Source: an uncultured Flavobacteriales bacterium
GTDB taxonomy: Bacteria; Bacteroidota; Bacteroidia; Flavobacteriales; UBA1820
Direction: 5' to 3'
Length of the DNA stretch: 64,000 bases
Assembly: GCA_902478645.1 (NCBI GenBank)
Contig: CABSLV010000004.1
Span: forward strand, 24,411 to 88,410
Below the pieces are notes generated by a model that made no database searches, had not been told where the DNA came from, and saw nothing but the letters and a program-made list of their open reading frames with translations. A program made the position numbers and the translations under genes. Positions 38,690 through 47,980 of this stretch are shown here, piece by piece (position 1 is the first letter of the stretch; each line of letters starts with the position of its first letter).

Positions 38690-39016
38690 TCAGTCGCAAC
38701 AAGACTTCTTCCGGGCACAAACACAAAAGAAGTCGGAAAAAGCCGCCCGAGCCAACGCCCAATTCTCGCGATGGATGCAATACTTCACTTTCGGCGGAAG
38801 GATTTCCCCCTGAATGAGTCCTGCTTCCTTGAGCTCCTTCAGATGCTGGGATACGGTCGCTTTCGAAATGGGCAACACCTGATGGATATCGCCGAAGAAA
38901 CACTCGTCCCGCTCGGCCAGAAAACGCAGGATGGAGATCCGGGCAGGATGCCCCATCGCTTTGGCAAAACGCGCCAACTGTTCCTCTGCATGGGGATAGT
39001 TCTTTTCTTCCATCAT
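38690..39016 (-). CDS. arsR: ArsR-family metalloregulator
   Basis: MMEEKNY...FAKAMGHPARISILRFL...ATVSQHLKELKEAGLI wHTH. C-terminal Cys cluster FFCVCARKKSCCD. The track ORF (to 39349) over-extends across a tandem repeat and tRNA flank. Confidence 0.85.
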   Translation of the reverse strand: MMEEKNYPHAEEQLARFAKAMGHPARISILRFLAERDECFFGDIHQVLPISKATVSQHLKELKEAGLIQGEILPPKVKYCIHRENWALARAAFSDFFCVCARKKSCCD

Positions 39017-39091
39017 AAGGCCATTGATATTGTTCGCAAATATACGAACAATATCGAAAAAACAAACCCTTCTCTTCCCGAAAAACATGCT

Positions 39092-39264
39092 CGCTTCATC
39101 TGCCCGGCAAACAAAAAAGACAGGAAACCCGATCTGCGCTTCATGCCCGCAGGCAAAGCCCATTTCCTCTGCAAACAAAAAAGACAGAAACCCGATCTGC
39201 ACTTCATTCCCGCAGGCAAAGCCCATTTCCTCTGCAAACAAAAAAAAGACAGAAACCCGATTCC
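39092..39264. repeat. Tandem repeat of about 63 bp: 2 full copies plus a shorter leading copy
   Basis: Units at about 39092-39136 (short), 39137-39199 and 39200-39264. Consensus cRcttcatKcccgcaggcaaagcccatttcctctgcaaacaaaaaagacagaaacccgatctg. Each unit repeats the 3' half and T-run of the tRNA-Gly terminator. Confidence 0.8.
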
Positions 39265-39278
39265 TTCGGATTCCTGTC
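39240..39278 (-). terminator. Intrinsic terminator after the tRNA-Gly pair
   Basis: Minus strand gacaggaa...tttctgtc stem (one G-U pair) followed by T8. Confidence 0.6.
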
Positions 39279-39304
39279 CCTTTCGCACCTTCTGCCGTGC
39301 CCTC

Positions 39305-39379
39305 TGGAGCGGAAAACGGGATTCGGACCCGCGACCCCCACCTTGGCAAGGTGGTGCTCTACCACTGAGCTATTTCCGC
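39305..39379 (-). tRNA. tRNA-Gly (anticodon GCC), CCA encoded
   Basis: Minus strand GCGGAAATAGCTCAGTGGTAGAGCACCACCTTGCCAAGGTGGGGGTCGCGGGTCCGAATCCCGTTTTCCGCTCCA. Confidence 0.93.
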
Positions 39380-39402
39380 AATTGTGTCAAAAAACTTCGT
39401 CG

Positions 39403-39475
39403 AGCGGAAAACGGGGCTCGAACCCGCGACCCCGACCTTGGGAAGGTCGTGCTCTACCAACTGAGCTATTTCCGC
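39403..39475 (-). tRNA. tRNA-Gly (anticodon CCC), CCA not encoded
   Basis: Minus strand GCGGAAATAGCTCAGTTGGTAGAGCACGACCTTCCCAAGGTCGGGGTCGCGGGTTCGAGCCCCGTTTTCCGCT. Confidence 0.93.
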
Positions 39476-39514
39476 CTATCCGCACCGCGCTGATACACGG
39501 CGCATACAGGACTG

Positions 39515-39546
39515 CAAATATAGCGTGCTTAATTTTTTCTACCAAA
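39515..39546 (-). promoter_or_regulatory. Bacteroidota-type promoter for the tRNA-Gly pair
   Basis: On the minus strand, TTTG (39543-39546), a 20-nt spacer, then TATATTTG (39515-39522). Confidence 0.65.
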
Positions 39547-39711
39547 TTTTTTTCCGCATCGCTCCCCCGAGCGCAGTTTTTCCCCCTTTTCGCATCGGGG
39601 AGTACCCGCCCGGGAATGCCTCCCCGCACTGTCAGGCTGCTCCAAAAAGGAAACTTGCCGTCCCCGGGAGGGATCGTCGCTGCGCCCATCCCGGGGAGCG
39701 TCGGCCTCCTG

Positions 39712-41001
39712 TCAGATCAACAGTTCGAACAAGGTCGGATTGTCATTGACATACTGGTACTTGATCCCCTGCCCATCCATTCGCTCCACCAGTGCCTGGA
39801 AATCCTCGGGATGCTGCACCTCGATACCGATCAAGGCCGGACCTTTCTCGCGCGCCGTCTTCTTCTTGTACTCGAAGAACGTTATGTCGTCCGTAGGCCC
39901 GAGGACATCGGTCACGAAGCTCTTCAGCGCGCCGCTGCGCTGGGGGAAGTTCACGATGAAATAGTGTTTCAGTCCCTCGTAGAGCAAGGAACGACCCTTG
40001 ATCTCCTCCATGCGGGTAATGTCGTTGTTGCTCCCGCTGACGATGCACACCACGTTCTTGCCCTTGATCTTGTCCTTGTAAAAATCGAGCGCCGCGATGC
40101 TCAACGCACCGGCCGGTTCGACCACGATCGCATCGGAATTGTACAGCCGGAGGATCGTCGTGCACACCTTTCCTTCGGGCACAGCGACGATATCGTCGCA
40201 CACCTGCTGACACAGGGAAAACGTGAGCTGGCCTACCGTCTGGACAGCAGCTCCGTCCACAAATTTGTCCACCTCGTCCAGCGTTACGACATGCCCGGCC
40301 GCCAGCGAAGCCTTCATGCCGGCTGCCCCGGCCGGCTCCACTCCGATGATCTTGGTCGAAGGACTCATGTGGCGGAACACACTCCCCACTCCGGAGATAA
40401 GCCCTCCGCCCCCTACCGGGACAAAAACATAGTCGATCGACTCCTTGACTTCCTGAAGGACCTCCAAGGCAACCGTACCCTGGCCTTCGATGATCTTCGG
40501 ATCGTCGAACGGAGGGATGAACACCATCCCGTCGCGCTCGCACTGCGCGATCGCTTCCTGATTGGCCGCGTCGAAGGTATCGCCCACCAGGACGATCTCC
40601 ACCTGGTCGCCACCGAACATCCGGACCTGATCCCGTTTCTGTTTGGGGGTAGTTACCGGCATGAAGATGCGCCCCCGAATGCCCAACTTGCTGCACGAAT
40701 AGGCCACTCCCTGTGCATGGTTGCCCGCACTGGCGCATACTACGCCGCGCTGGGCCTGCTGCGGGTCGAGGGAACGGATCTTGTTGTACGCCCCGCGGAT
40801 CTTGTACGAACGTACCATCTGCAAGTCCTCGCGTTTGAGCAGCACATCGGCGCCGTAACGGTCCGAAAGGTTCCGGTTGCGCTGCAACGGGGTCGGCTCC
40901 AGGATTTCCGAAAGGGTATGCTCGGCTTTCATCACATCGGAAAGCACCGGAAAATATTTTTTACTGTCCATCGTATCTGTTTTTGTCGTATTCTTTTCCA
41001 T
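39712..41001 (-). CDS. ilvA: Threonine ammonia-lyase (biosynthetic threonine dehydratase)
   Basis: KREDLQMVRSYKIRGAYNK PLP-lysine motif, GGGGLISG and a single C-terminal ACT-like domain. 429 aa. Confidence 0.9.
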   Translation of the reverse strand: MEKNTTKTDTMDSKKYFPVLSDVMKAEHTLSEILEPTPLQRNRNLSDRYGADVLLKREDLQMVRSYKIRGAYNKIRSLDPQQAQRGVVCASAGNHAQGVAYSCSKLGIRGRIFMPVTTPKQKRDQVRMFGGDQVEIVLVGDTFDAANQEAIAQCERDGMVFIPPFDDPKIIEGQGTVALEVLQEVKESIDYVFVPVGGGGLISGVGSVFRHMSPSTKIIGVEPAGAAGMKASLAAGHVVTLDEVDKFVDGAAVQTVGQLTFSLCQQVCDDIVAVPEGKVCTTILRLYNSDAIVVEPAGALSIAALDFYKDKIKGKNVVCIVSGSNNDITRMEEIKGRSLLYEGLKHYFIVNFPQRSGALKSFVTDVLGPTDDITFFEYKKKTAREKGPALIGIEVQHPEDFQALVERMDGQGIKYQYVNDNPTLFELLI

Positions 41002-41076
41002 CTTATACTGCCTGTTAAAACGGGAACTGCCACAACCGATACCGCCTGCGGGAAAGCACCTCCCCGCATACGCGGA

Positions 41077-42156
41077 TCAGCGGATCGAACGGGCAATGTA
41101 ATCGCCTACTGCCTGCGTACCGCTGGGCTTCTGTCCCGCCTCGGCGATGTCTTCGGTAACCACCCCTTCCTGGATGCTGCGCGCCACCGCCTCGCGGATG
41201 GCCGCGCCTTCCTTCGACAGGGAGAAGGCATACTCGAACATCATGGCTGCCGAGAGAATGGTGGCCACCGGATTGGCAATGTCGCGCCCGGCCGCCTGAG
41301 GATACGACCCGTGGATCGGCTCCAAAAACGAAGGGTGAACCCCCACCGAAGCCGAAGGCAACAATCCGAGCGAACCGGTGATCACGCTCGCCTCATCGGT
41401 AAGGATGTCGCCGAACATGTTCTCGGTAACGATCACGTCGAAATGCGAGGGTTGCTGGATGATCTTCATCGCGGCGTTGTCCACGAACATGTATTCCACC
41501 TCGACCCCCGGATACTGCGGAGCCATCTCCTGCACCGTCTGACGCCACAGGCGCGAAGTAGCCAGTACGTTGGCCTTGTCCACTACCGTGAGCCGTCCCC
41601 GGCGCTTGCCGGCGTATTCGAAAGCCAGACGGACTATACGCTCGATCTCTTCCCGGCTGTACACGCACGTATCGTAAGCCGTCTTCCCATCTTCGGAACG
41701 TCCCTGCGGACGGCCGAAGTACATCCCGCCGGTGAGCTCCCGCAGGAAAACGAAATCCGCCCCCTGGACAACCTCGCTGCGCAGCGGCGAACGGTACAAC
41801 AGGCTGGGAAAGGGCGACACCGGACGGATATTGGCATAGAGTCCCAGCGCCTTCCGCATGGCCAAAAGCCCCTGCTCGGGCCGTACCCGGGCCGAAGGGT
41901 CGTTGTCGAAACGTGGGTCGCCGATCGCTCCGAAGAGCACCGCATCGGATTCCATGCACACCCGGTGGGTCTGCTCGGGATACGGGTCGCCATAGCGGTC
42001 GATCGCGGCCGCTCCAACCTCCGCGTAAGTGTACTTTGCCTGGTGTCCGTAGCGGGCACAAACGGCATCGATGACTTTGACGGCCTGTGCCGTGATCTCA
42101 GGGCCGATCCCGTCGCCGGGCAATACTCCTATCTTGAATTCCATTGTGTATGACAT
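41077..42156 (-). CDS. leuB: 3-isopropylmalate dehydrogenase
   Basis: [13 protein letters not shown] and [26 protein letters not shown] motifs. Start at 42156 (MSYTMEF) or 42144 (MEF). Confidence 0.92.
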   Translation of the reverse strand: MSYTMEFKIGVLPGDGIGPEITAQAVKVIDAVCARYGHQAKYTYAEVGAAAIDRYGDPYPEQTHRVCMESDAVLFGAIGDPRFDNDPSARVRPEQGLLAMRKALGLYANIRPVSPFPSLLYRSPLRSEVVQGADFVFLRELTGGMYFGRPQGRSEDGKTAYDTCVYSREEIERIVRLAFEYAGKRRGRLTVVDKANVLATSRLWRQTVQEMAPQYPGVEVEYMFVDNAAMKIIQQPSHFDVIVTENMFGDILTDEASVITGSLGLLPSASVGVHPSFLEPIHGSYPQAAGRDIANPVATILSAAMMFEYAFSLSKEGAAIREAVARSIQEGVVTEDIAEAGQKPSGTQAVGDYIARSIR

Positions 42157-42163
42157 ATTTTGT

Positions 42164-42754
42164 TTATTCGGTTCTGTTTTTCTCGAACTCCTCCACGCGC
42201 CCGCGCTGGCTGACCAGATAGTCGACATCGTCGTATCCGTTGAGCAGGCACTGCTTCTTGTAGGAAGAAATATCGAAATGCTCTGCACCCACTCCGGGGG
42301 CTTCGATCGTCTGACGCTCCAGGTCGATGGTCAGGCGCAGCGAAGGGTCGGCCTGCACGGCCTCAAACAGCCGGGCGAGGTACTCCGGGGAGACCTGTAC
42401 GGGCAGAAGGCCGTTGTTCAAGGCGTTCCCGCGGAAGATGTCGGCGAAATAACTGGACACTACCGCGCGGAATCCTGCCCCCAGGATGGCCCAAGCGGCA
42501 TGTTCGCGGCTCGATCCGCAGCCGAAGTTCTTGCCGGCCAACAGGATCTGACCGCCATACCGGCTATCGTTGAGCACGAAATCCGCCCGGGGCGTTCCCT
42601 CGGGCGTGTAACGCCAGTCGCGGAACAGGTTCTGCCCGAAGCCCTCGCGCGAGGTAGCCTTGAGGAAACGGGCAGGGATGATCTGGTCGGTATCGATGTT
42701 CTCAATGTTCACGGGCACTGCCGTGGTAGTGAGTACGGTAAACTTTTCTATCAT
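42164..42754 (-). CDS. leuD: 3-isopropylmalate dehydratase small subunit
   Basis: [13 protein letters not shown] and [16 protein letters not shown] motifs. Confidence 0.92.
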   Translation of the reverse strand: MIEKFTVLTTTAVPVNIENIDTDQIIPARFLKATSREGFGQNLFRDWRYTPEGTPRADFVLNDSRYGGQILLAGKNFGCGSSREHAAWAILGAGFRAVVSSYFADIFRGNALNNGLLPVQVSPEYLARLFEAVQADPSLRLTIDLERQTIEAPGVGAEHFDISSYKKQCLLNGYDDVDYLVSQRGRVEEFEKNRTE

Positions 42755-42949
42755 GTCTTCGATGGGGCTGGGCCCTTTTGTTTCATTTTGTTTCTTTGCT
42801 TTTCCCTTTCTTCACCCCGCATGGAGGCCGCGCTCTCACGCGCGCTCCCCTGCAGAATCCTCAGCGGGCTTTCCTTTCTTCCTCTCTTAAGTGTTTTTTC
42901 CTCCCCCCCCGGCAAGGGAGAAATGCACCCGCCCGCCGGGACGAAGATG

Positions 42950-44341
42950 TCAGTGTGCCAAAGGATCGGTTACCACGCCCGTTACGGCAGCGGCGGCCGC
43001 TACCAGCGGTCCGCACAGCAGCGTGCGCGCACCGGGGCCCTGGCGTCCCTCGAAGTTGCGGTTCGAGGTGGACAGACAGTATTTTCCGGCCGGGACTTTG
43101 TCGTCGTTCATGGCCAGGCAAGCCGAACAACCGGGCTGGCGAAGTTCGAACCCGGCCTCCTGCAGGATGTCGCGCAGGCCTTCTTCGATGGCCAGCCGCT
43201 CGACTTCCTTGCTCCCGGGCACGATCCAGGCCGTTACTCCCGGGGCTTTCCGTTTGCCCTTCACATACTGGGCAAAGGCGCGCAGGTCCTCGATCCGGCC
43301 GTTGGTGCAACTGCCGACAAAGACATAGTCCACCCGTTTGCCGAGCATCGGCTCTCCTTCGTGGAAATCCATGTAGTCCAAAGCCTTGTGGAACGATGCG
43401 CGGGATTTTTCCTCCAGCGTGTCGGCTTGGGGGATACGGTCCGTTACCCGAAGTCCCATGCCCGGGTTGGTCCCGTAGGTGATCATCGGGGCGATGTCCG
43501 CCGCATCGAACTCGACTTCGGCGTCGAACCGGGCATCGGGGTCGCTGTGCAAGCGGCTCCAACGCTCCACCGCACGGTCCCAATCGGCTCCCTTGGGGGC
43601 GAATTCCCGTCCGCGGAGGTACTCGAAGGTTACCTCGTCCGGGGCGATCATCCCTCCGCGGGCGCCCATCTCGATGCTCATGTTGCAGACGGTCATGCGG
43701 CCTTCCATCGAAAGGCTGCGGATGGCACTGCCGGCAAATTCGACGAAATACCCCGTGCCTCCGCCCGTTCCCAGGCGGGAGATGATGTACAGAATGACGT
43801 CCTTGGCGCAAACTCCTTCGCGCAACTGGCCTTCCACCCGGATGCGCATGGTCTTGGGACGCACCTGGAGTACGCACTGCGAGGCGAGTACCATTTCCAC
43901 TTCGCTGGTGCCTATCCCGAAGGCGATGCAGCCCAAGGCGCCGTGCGTAGAGGTGTGGCTATCCCCGCACACGATGGTCATGCCGGGCTGGGTAAGCCCT
44001 GTCTGCGGGCCGACGACGTGGACGATGCCGTTGCGGGGCGACCCTACTCCGAAGATTTCGATGCCGTTTTCGGCACAGTTTTTCACCAGGGTTTCTACCT
44101 GGGTGCGGGACTGCGGGTCGCGCGGGGGGAGTTCCTGATGTTCGGTGGGGATGTTGTGGTCCGGGGTGGCCGTTACCTGCCGGGGACGGAAGACGGAGAT
44201 CCCCCGCCGGCGAAGCCCTTCGAAAGCCTGCGGGCTGGTTACCTCGTGGATGTACTGGCGGTCGATGTACAGAATGTCCGAGCCGCCTTCGACGTGCCCC
44301 ACTACGTGAGCATCCCATATTTTGTCGAATAAAGTATTCAT
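42950..44341 (-). CDS. leuC: 3-isopropylmalate dehydratase large subunit
   Basis: [14 protein letters not shown] start. Aconitase-family Cys ligand motifs VCGDSHT, GSCTNGR and CSACLAMN. Start trimmed to 44341. Confidence 0.93.
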   Translation of the reverse strand: MNTLFDKIWDAHVVGHVEGGSDILYIDRQYIHEVTSPQAFEGLRRRGISVFRPRQVTATPDHNIPTEHQELPPRDPQSRTQVETLVKNCAENGIEIFGVGSPRNGIVHVVGPQTGLTQPGMTIVCGDSHTSTHGALGCIAFGIGTSEVEMVLASQCVLQVRPKTMRIRVEGQLREGVCAKDVILYIISRLGTGGGTGYFVEFAGSAIRSLSMEGRMTVCNMSIEMGARGGMIAPDEVTFEYLRGREFAPKGADWDRAVERWSRLHSDPDARFDAEVEFDAADIAPMITYGTNPGMGLRVTDRIPQADTLEEKSRASFHKALDYMDFHEGEPMLGKRVDYVFVGSCTNGRIEDLRAFAQYVKGKRKAPGVTAWIVPGSKEVERLAIEEGLRDILQEAGFELRQPGCSACLAMNDDKVPAGKYCLSTSNRNFEGRQGPGARTLLCGPLVAAAAAVTGVVTDPLAH

Positions 44342-44590
44342 GTTCGTTTGGTTGATGATCGCTCGTTTTTTTGTGTTTTTCGGATCGGGTATCCTTTCCG
44401 CCTCATTTCCTCTTCTTCTCTTCCGGATGCGCATCTTTGCTGCTCGCCCCCCGCCTTCTCTCTTCCGCCGTGCGCCGGTTGCCGGATCGCCGTCCCGCCC
44501 CGTTCCTTCCCTATCCCCGTCTTTTGCCCTTTTGAGGGCTTGCCTGTCTCCTCGGGGAAGAAACTCCGGTGCGTTTTGCGAAAAGGGGCG

Positions 44591-46081
44591 TCAGGCGATT
44601 TTGCTCAAGGCATCGAGCAGGGATTCCACCGAGGCGGTAACGATGTCGGTATTGGCTCCGAAGCCGTAATACATCTTGCCCTTGTGGGAAACCTGGATGT
44701 GTACCTTGCCCAGGTCGTCGCTGCCGCGCGTGATGGCCTGCACGAGGAATTCCTCGATGTGTACCCGGCGTTTGGTAATGCTCTTGACGGCATTGAAGGC
44801 GGCATCGACCGGACCGTTGCCATAGGCTGTCTCGGTGAAGGTATCGCCGCCGAAGCTGATCTGCACGGTGGCCGTAGGTACGGTGGACTGTCCGCAAACA
44901 ACCTGAAGCGTTTCCAGCTTGATGGGAGCATCCACCTTGGTGCGTCCGGCGAGGACTTCGAGGTCGCGGATGGAGATGTCCTTTTTCCGGTCGGCCAGTT
45001 CGAGGAATTTCTGATAGATGGCATCGAGTTCCTCCCCTTCCGGCGTGTAGCCCAGCTCCTTCAAGTGGTGCTTGAGGGCGGCGCGACCGCTGCGGGCGGT
45101 CAGGATGATGCTCGACTGATCCACCCCGACGTCTTCCGGGTCGATGATCTCGTAGGTCTCACGGCTCTTGAGTACCCCGTCCTGGTGGATACCGGAGGAA
45201 TGCGCAAAGGCGTTGCGGCCCACGATGGCCTTGTTCGGCTGTACCGGCACACGCATCAGGTTGGATACCAAGTGGCTGGTATTGATGATCTCGCGGGTGT
45301 TGATGCCCACTTCGTAGTCCAGGTTCTTGTGGCAGGCGATGGCCATGACCACTTCTTCGAGCGCGGTATTGCCTGCGCGCTCGCCCAGACCGTTGATCGT
45401 TACCTCGGCCTGCCGCGCTCCGTTCATGATGGCGGCCAGGGTGTTGGCGGTAGCCATGCCGAGGTCGTTGTGGCAATGGGTGGAGAGGATGGCCTTGTCG
45501 ATATTGGGCACATGGTTCATCAGGTAGGCGATCTTCGCGCCGTATTCCGAAGGCAGGCAGTATCCGGTGGTATCGGGGATATTGACCACCGTCGCCCCGG
45601 CCTGGATGACGGCTTCCACCACCCGGGCAAGGAACTCCTCGTCCGTGCGGCCGGCATCCTCGGCGTAAAACTCGACGTCGTCCACGAAGGTGCGGGCATA
45701 CTTGACCGCATCGACGGCCCGGCGGATGATGTCCTCGGGAGTGGAATTGAGTTTTTCGTAGATATGGTAGGGAGAGGTTCCGATACCGGTGTGGATGCGC
45801 CCGCGTTTAGCGTATTTGAGGGCGTCGGCAGCTACCTCGATGTCCTTTTTCACGGCACGGGTCAGCGCGCAGATGGTGGGACGGGTAACGGCCTTGGAGA
45901 TTTCGACCACCGAATTGAAGTCCCCGGGCGAAGAAATGGGGAATCCGGCTTCGATAATGTCCACGCCCAGTTTTTCCAGCTGGCGCGCCACCTCGATCTT
46001 TTCAATGGTGTTCAACTGGCAGCCCGGCACCTGTTCGGCGTCGCGGAGCGTGGTGTCGAAAATGTAAACTTTCTCGCTCAT
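44591..46081 (-). CDS. leuA: 2-isopropylmalate synthase
   Basis: [27 protein letters not shown] and a C-terminal LeuA dimerisation/regulatory domain. Confidence 0.93.
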   Translation of the reverse strand: MSEKVYIFDTTLRDAEQVPGCQLNTIEKIEVARQLEKLGVDIIEAGFPISSPGDFNSVVEISKAVTRPTICALTRAVKKDIEVAADALKYAKRGRIHTGIGTSPYHIYEKLNSTPEDIIRRAVDAVKYARTFVDDVEFYAEDAGRTDEEFLARVVEAVIQAGATVVNIPDTTGYCLPSEYGAKIAYLMNHVPNIDKAILSTHCHNDLGMATANTLAAIMNGARQAEVTINGLGERAGNTALEEVVMAIACHKNLDYEVGINTREIINTSHLVSNLMRVPVQPNKAIVGRNAFAHSSGIHQDGVLKSRETYEIIDPEDVGVDQSSIILTARSGRAALKHHLKELGYTPEGEELDAIYQKFLELADRKKDISIRDLEVLAGRTKVDAPIKLETLQVVCGQSTVPTATVQISFGGDTFTETAYGNGPVDAAFNAVKSITKRRVHIEEFLVQAITRGSDDLGKVHIQVSHKGKMYYGFGANTDIVTASVESLLDALSKIA

Positions 46082-46326
46082 GGTCTTATGTGTTTCGTTT
46101 TTATTCCTTTGTATTTTCGGGGTTCATCCCCCCCTTCCCTCCTGCTCCCCTCCCCCTGTCCGGGTGCTCCGCAGGGATTGAGAATCAGGCGCGGGAAACG
46201 CCCCCTTTCTTTCCGGGGGACTTTGCGGCCGGCGACCCGATCAAAGGCGGCCGGCCCGGCCCGAAGGCCTCATGGGTAAACTGCCGTTGGTATTCCCAGG
46301 GGAAAACCGACGGCAGGAAATGGCGG

Positions 46327-47373
46327 TCAGTTATTTTCCGGACGGAGTTTGCGTACCACGGCACCTGCCTGCCACATTTCGGAATTGTGCATCTCCTCCA
46401 ACTCCTTGTTCAGCTTTTCGCGGTAATCCGGCTGGCTGTTCGAGTCGATGGAGCGCTGGGCTTCGTTGCCGGCGGCCACTTCGCGGTACAGTTCTTCAAA
46501 GACCGGTTTGGCAGCATCGCGGAACTTCTTCCACCAGTCCAAAGCACCGCGCTGAGCGGTGGTCGAGCAGTTGGCATACATCCAGTCCATACCGTTCTCG
46601 GCGATGAGCGGCATCAGGCTCTGGGAAAGTTCCTCGACCGTTTCGTTGAAGGCTTCGGAAGGCGTATGGCCGTTTTCACGCAAGGTGTCGTACTGAGCGG
46701 CAAAGATACCCTGGATGGCTCCCATCAGCGTACCGCGTTCGCCGGTAAGGTCGGAGTACACTTCCTTCTTGAACGTGGTCTCAAACAGGTAACCCGAACC
46801 TACACCGATACCGAGGGCGATCACACGGTCTTTGGCACGGCCGGTAGCATCCTGGAAAACAGCATAGCTAGAGTTCAGTCCGCGTCCCTGGAGGAACATC
46901 CGGCGCAGCGAGGTGCCCGAGCCTTTGGGAGCGATCAGGATTACGTCCACATCCTCCGGAGGAACGATGCCCGTGCGCTCCTTGTACGTGATGCCGAATC
47001 CGTGCGAGAAGTACAGCGCTTTGCCTGCCGTGAGGTGTTTCTTGATCGTCGGCCACATGGCGATCTGGCCGGCGTCGGAAAGCAGATATTGGATGATGGT
47101 ACCCTTTGCGGCTGCCTCTTCGATCTCGAAAAGCGTCTGGCCGGGAACCCAGCCGTCGGCTACGGCCTTGTCCCAACTCTTGGTGCCTTTGCGCTGGCCC
47201 ACGATGACGTTGAAGCCATTGTCCTTGAGGTTGAGGGACTGTCCGGGACCCTGTACGCCGTATCCGATCACGGCGATCGTTTCATCTTTGAGCGTTTCGA
47301 GAGCCTTCGAGAGAGGGAATTCGTCGCGGGTGATCACATTTTCCTCGACCCCTCCGAAATTCATTTTTGCCAT
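46327..47373 (-). CDS. ilvC: Ketol-acid reductoisomerase
   Basis: IAVIGYGVQGPGQSLNLKDNG Rossmann motif. Start trimmed to MAKMNFGG at 47373. Confidence 0.93.
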   Translation of the reverse strand: MAKMNFGGVEENVITRDEFPLSKALETLKDETIAVIGYGVQGPGQSLNLKDNGFNVIVGQRKGTKSWDKAVADGWVPGQTLFEIEEAAAKGTIIQYLLSDAGQIAMWPTIKKHLTAGKALYFSHGFGITYKERTGIVPPEDVDVILIAPKGSGTSLRRMFLQGRGLNSSYAVFQDATGRAKDRVIALGIGVGSGYLFETTFKKEVYSDLTGERGTLMGAIQGIFAAQYDTLRENGHTPSEAFNETVEELSQSLMPLIAENGMDWMYANCSTTAQRGALDWWKKFRDAAKPVFEELYREVAAGNEAQRSIDSNSQPDYREKLNKELEEMHNSEMWQAGAVVRKLRPENN

Positions 47374-47407
47374 GGTTGTAATGTTTTTTGGTTGATAATT
47401 CCGTGTT

Positions 47408-47959
47408 TTATTTCGTTTCTTGTTCTTTTCTTGAGGCTTCCTGTTCTTTCCTGAATTCGGCAATACCGGGACACTCGTCCAGCAGGTAATCCTTGCCCTT
47501 GATGATGGCTACCGAACCCGTGCGGGCGAATTGATGGACCCCATAGGGACGCAGGAGCTCCAGCAATGCCTGCGTTTCGCTCGTATGGCCGGTTTTTTCC
47601 AGCACGATGTAGTCGTCGCCGATCTCCAGGATGCGTACATGATGGTCGCGCACGAGGTTTTCGACATTGCGGTTGCGGGACACCTTGTACAGGGCGATCT
47701 CCTGCTGGACCACCTCATCGGGGGTATGGACGAAGGCCTTGAGCACTTCGACGCGTTTTTCGATCTGGCGTACCATCTTTTCCACCTTTTCCGGATCGGT
47801 ATTGACCACGATGGTAAAACGGTGGATGCCCGCCACGGCCGACTCCGAAGTGGTCAGGCTTTCGATATTGACATTGCGGCAGGTGAGCACCGTGGTAATC
47901 TGGTTGAGGATACCCACTTTGTTTTCCGAGAAAACGGTCAGGATGTATTGTTTTTCCAT
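47408..47959 (-). CDS. ilvN: Acetolactate synthase small (regulatory) subunit
   Basis: ILTVFSENKVGILNQITTVLTCRNVNIESLT ACT domain. Confidence 0.88.
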   Translation of the reverse strand: MEKQYILTVFSENKVGILNQITTVLTCRNVNIESLTTSESAVAGIHRFTIVVNTDPEKVEKMVRQIEKRVEVLKAFVHTPDEVVQQEIALYKVSRNRNVENLVRDHHVRILEIGDDYIVLEKTGHTSETQALLELLRPYGVHQFARTGSVAIIKGKDYLLDECPGIAEFRKEQEASRKEQETK

Positions 47960-47980
47960 GATTCTTCGCTGGGTTTTACG

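Noticed and set aside
39092-39264. Possible CRISPR array
   Set aside because: The units are directly abutting copies of a 63-bp sequence with no unique spacers between them. There are no cas genes in the window. It is a plain tandem repeat.
39017-39349. N-terminal extension of arsR to 219 aa, with internally repeated FLFAEEMGFACG segments
   Set aside because: The extension is the translation of the 63-bp tandem repeat, the tRNA-Gly terminator and part of tRNA-Gly(GCC). ArsR-family proteins are about 100-120 aa, and a MM start at 39016 gives a normal 108-aa protein.
39343-42153. A 936-aa plus-strand ORF, plus similar giants: 47531-49561, 49605-51665, 52476-54569 (-), 9952-11649 (-), 11770-12879 (-), 31951-34584 (-), 44348-46279, 42071-44332, 18517-20463 and 20460-22448
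   Set aside because: All are antisense to genes with unmistakable family motifs (ilv/leu enzymes, lepA, feoB, clpX/clpP, the lipoprotein). All translate to Arg/Gly/His/Asp-rich low-complexity sequence. They are high-GC artefacts.
46082-46326. A second, Leu-specific leader peptide/attenuator upstream of leuA
   Set aside because: The only short ORFs on the mRNA strand (MRPSGRAGRL and MNPENTKE) are not Leu-rich, and no hairpin followed by a U-run is present. Only a 7-bp-stem hairpin after ilvC and GC palindromes were seen.
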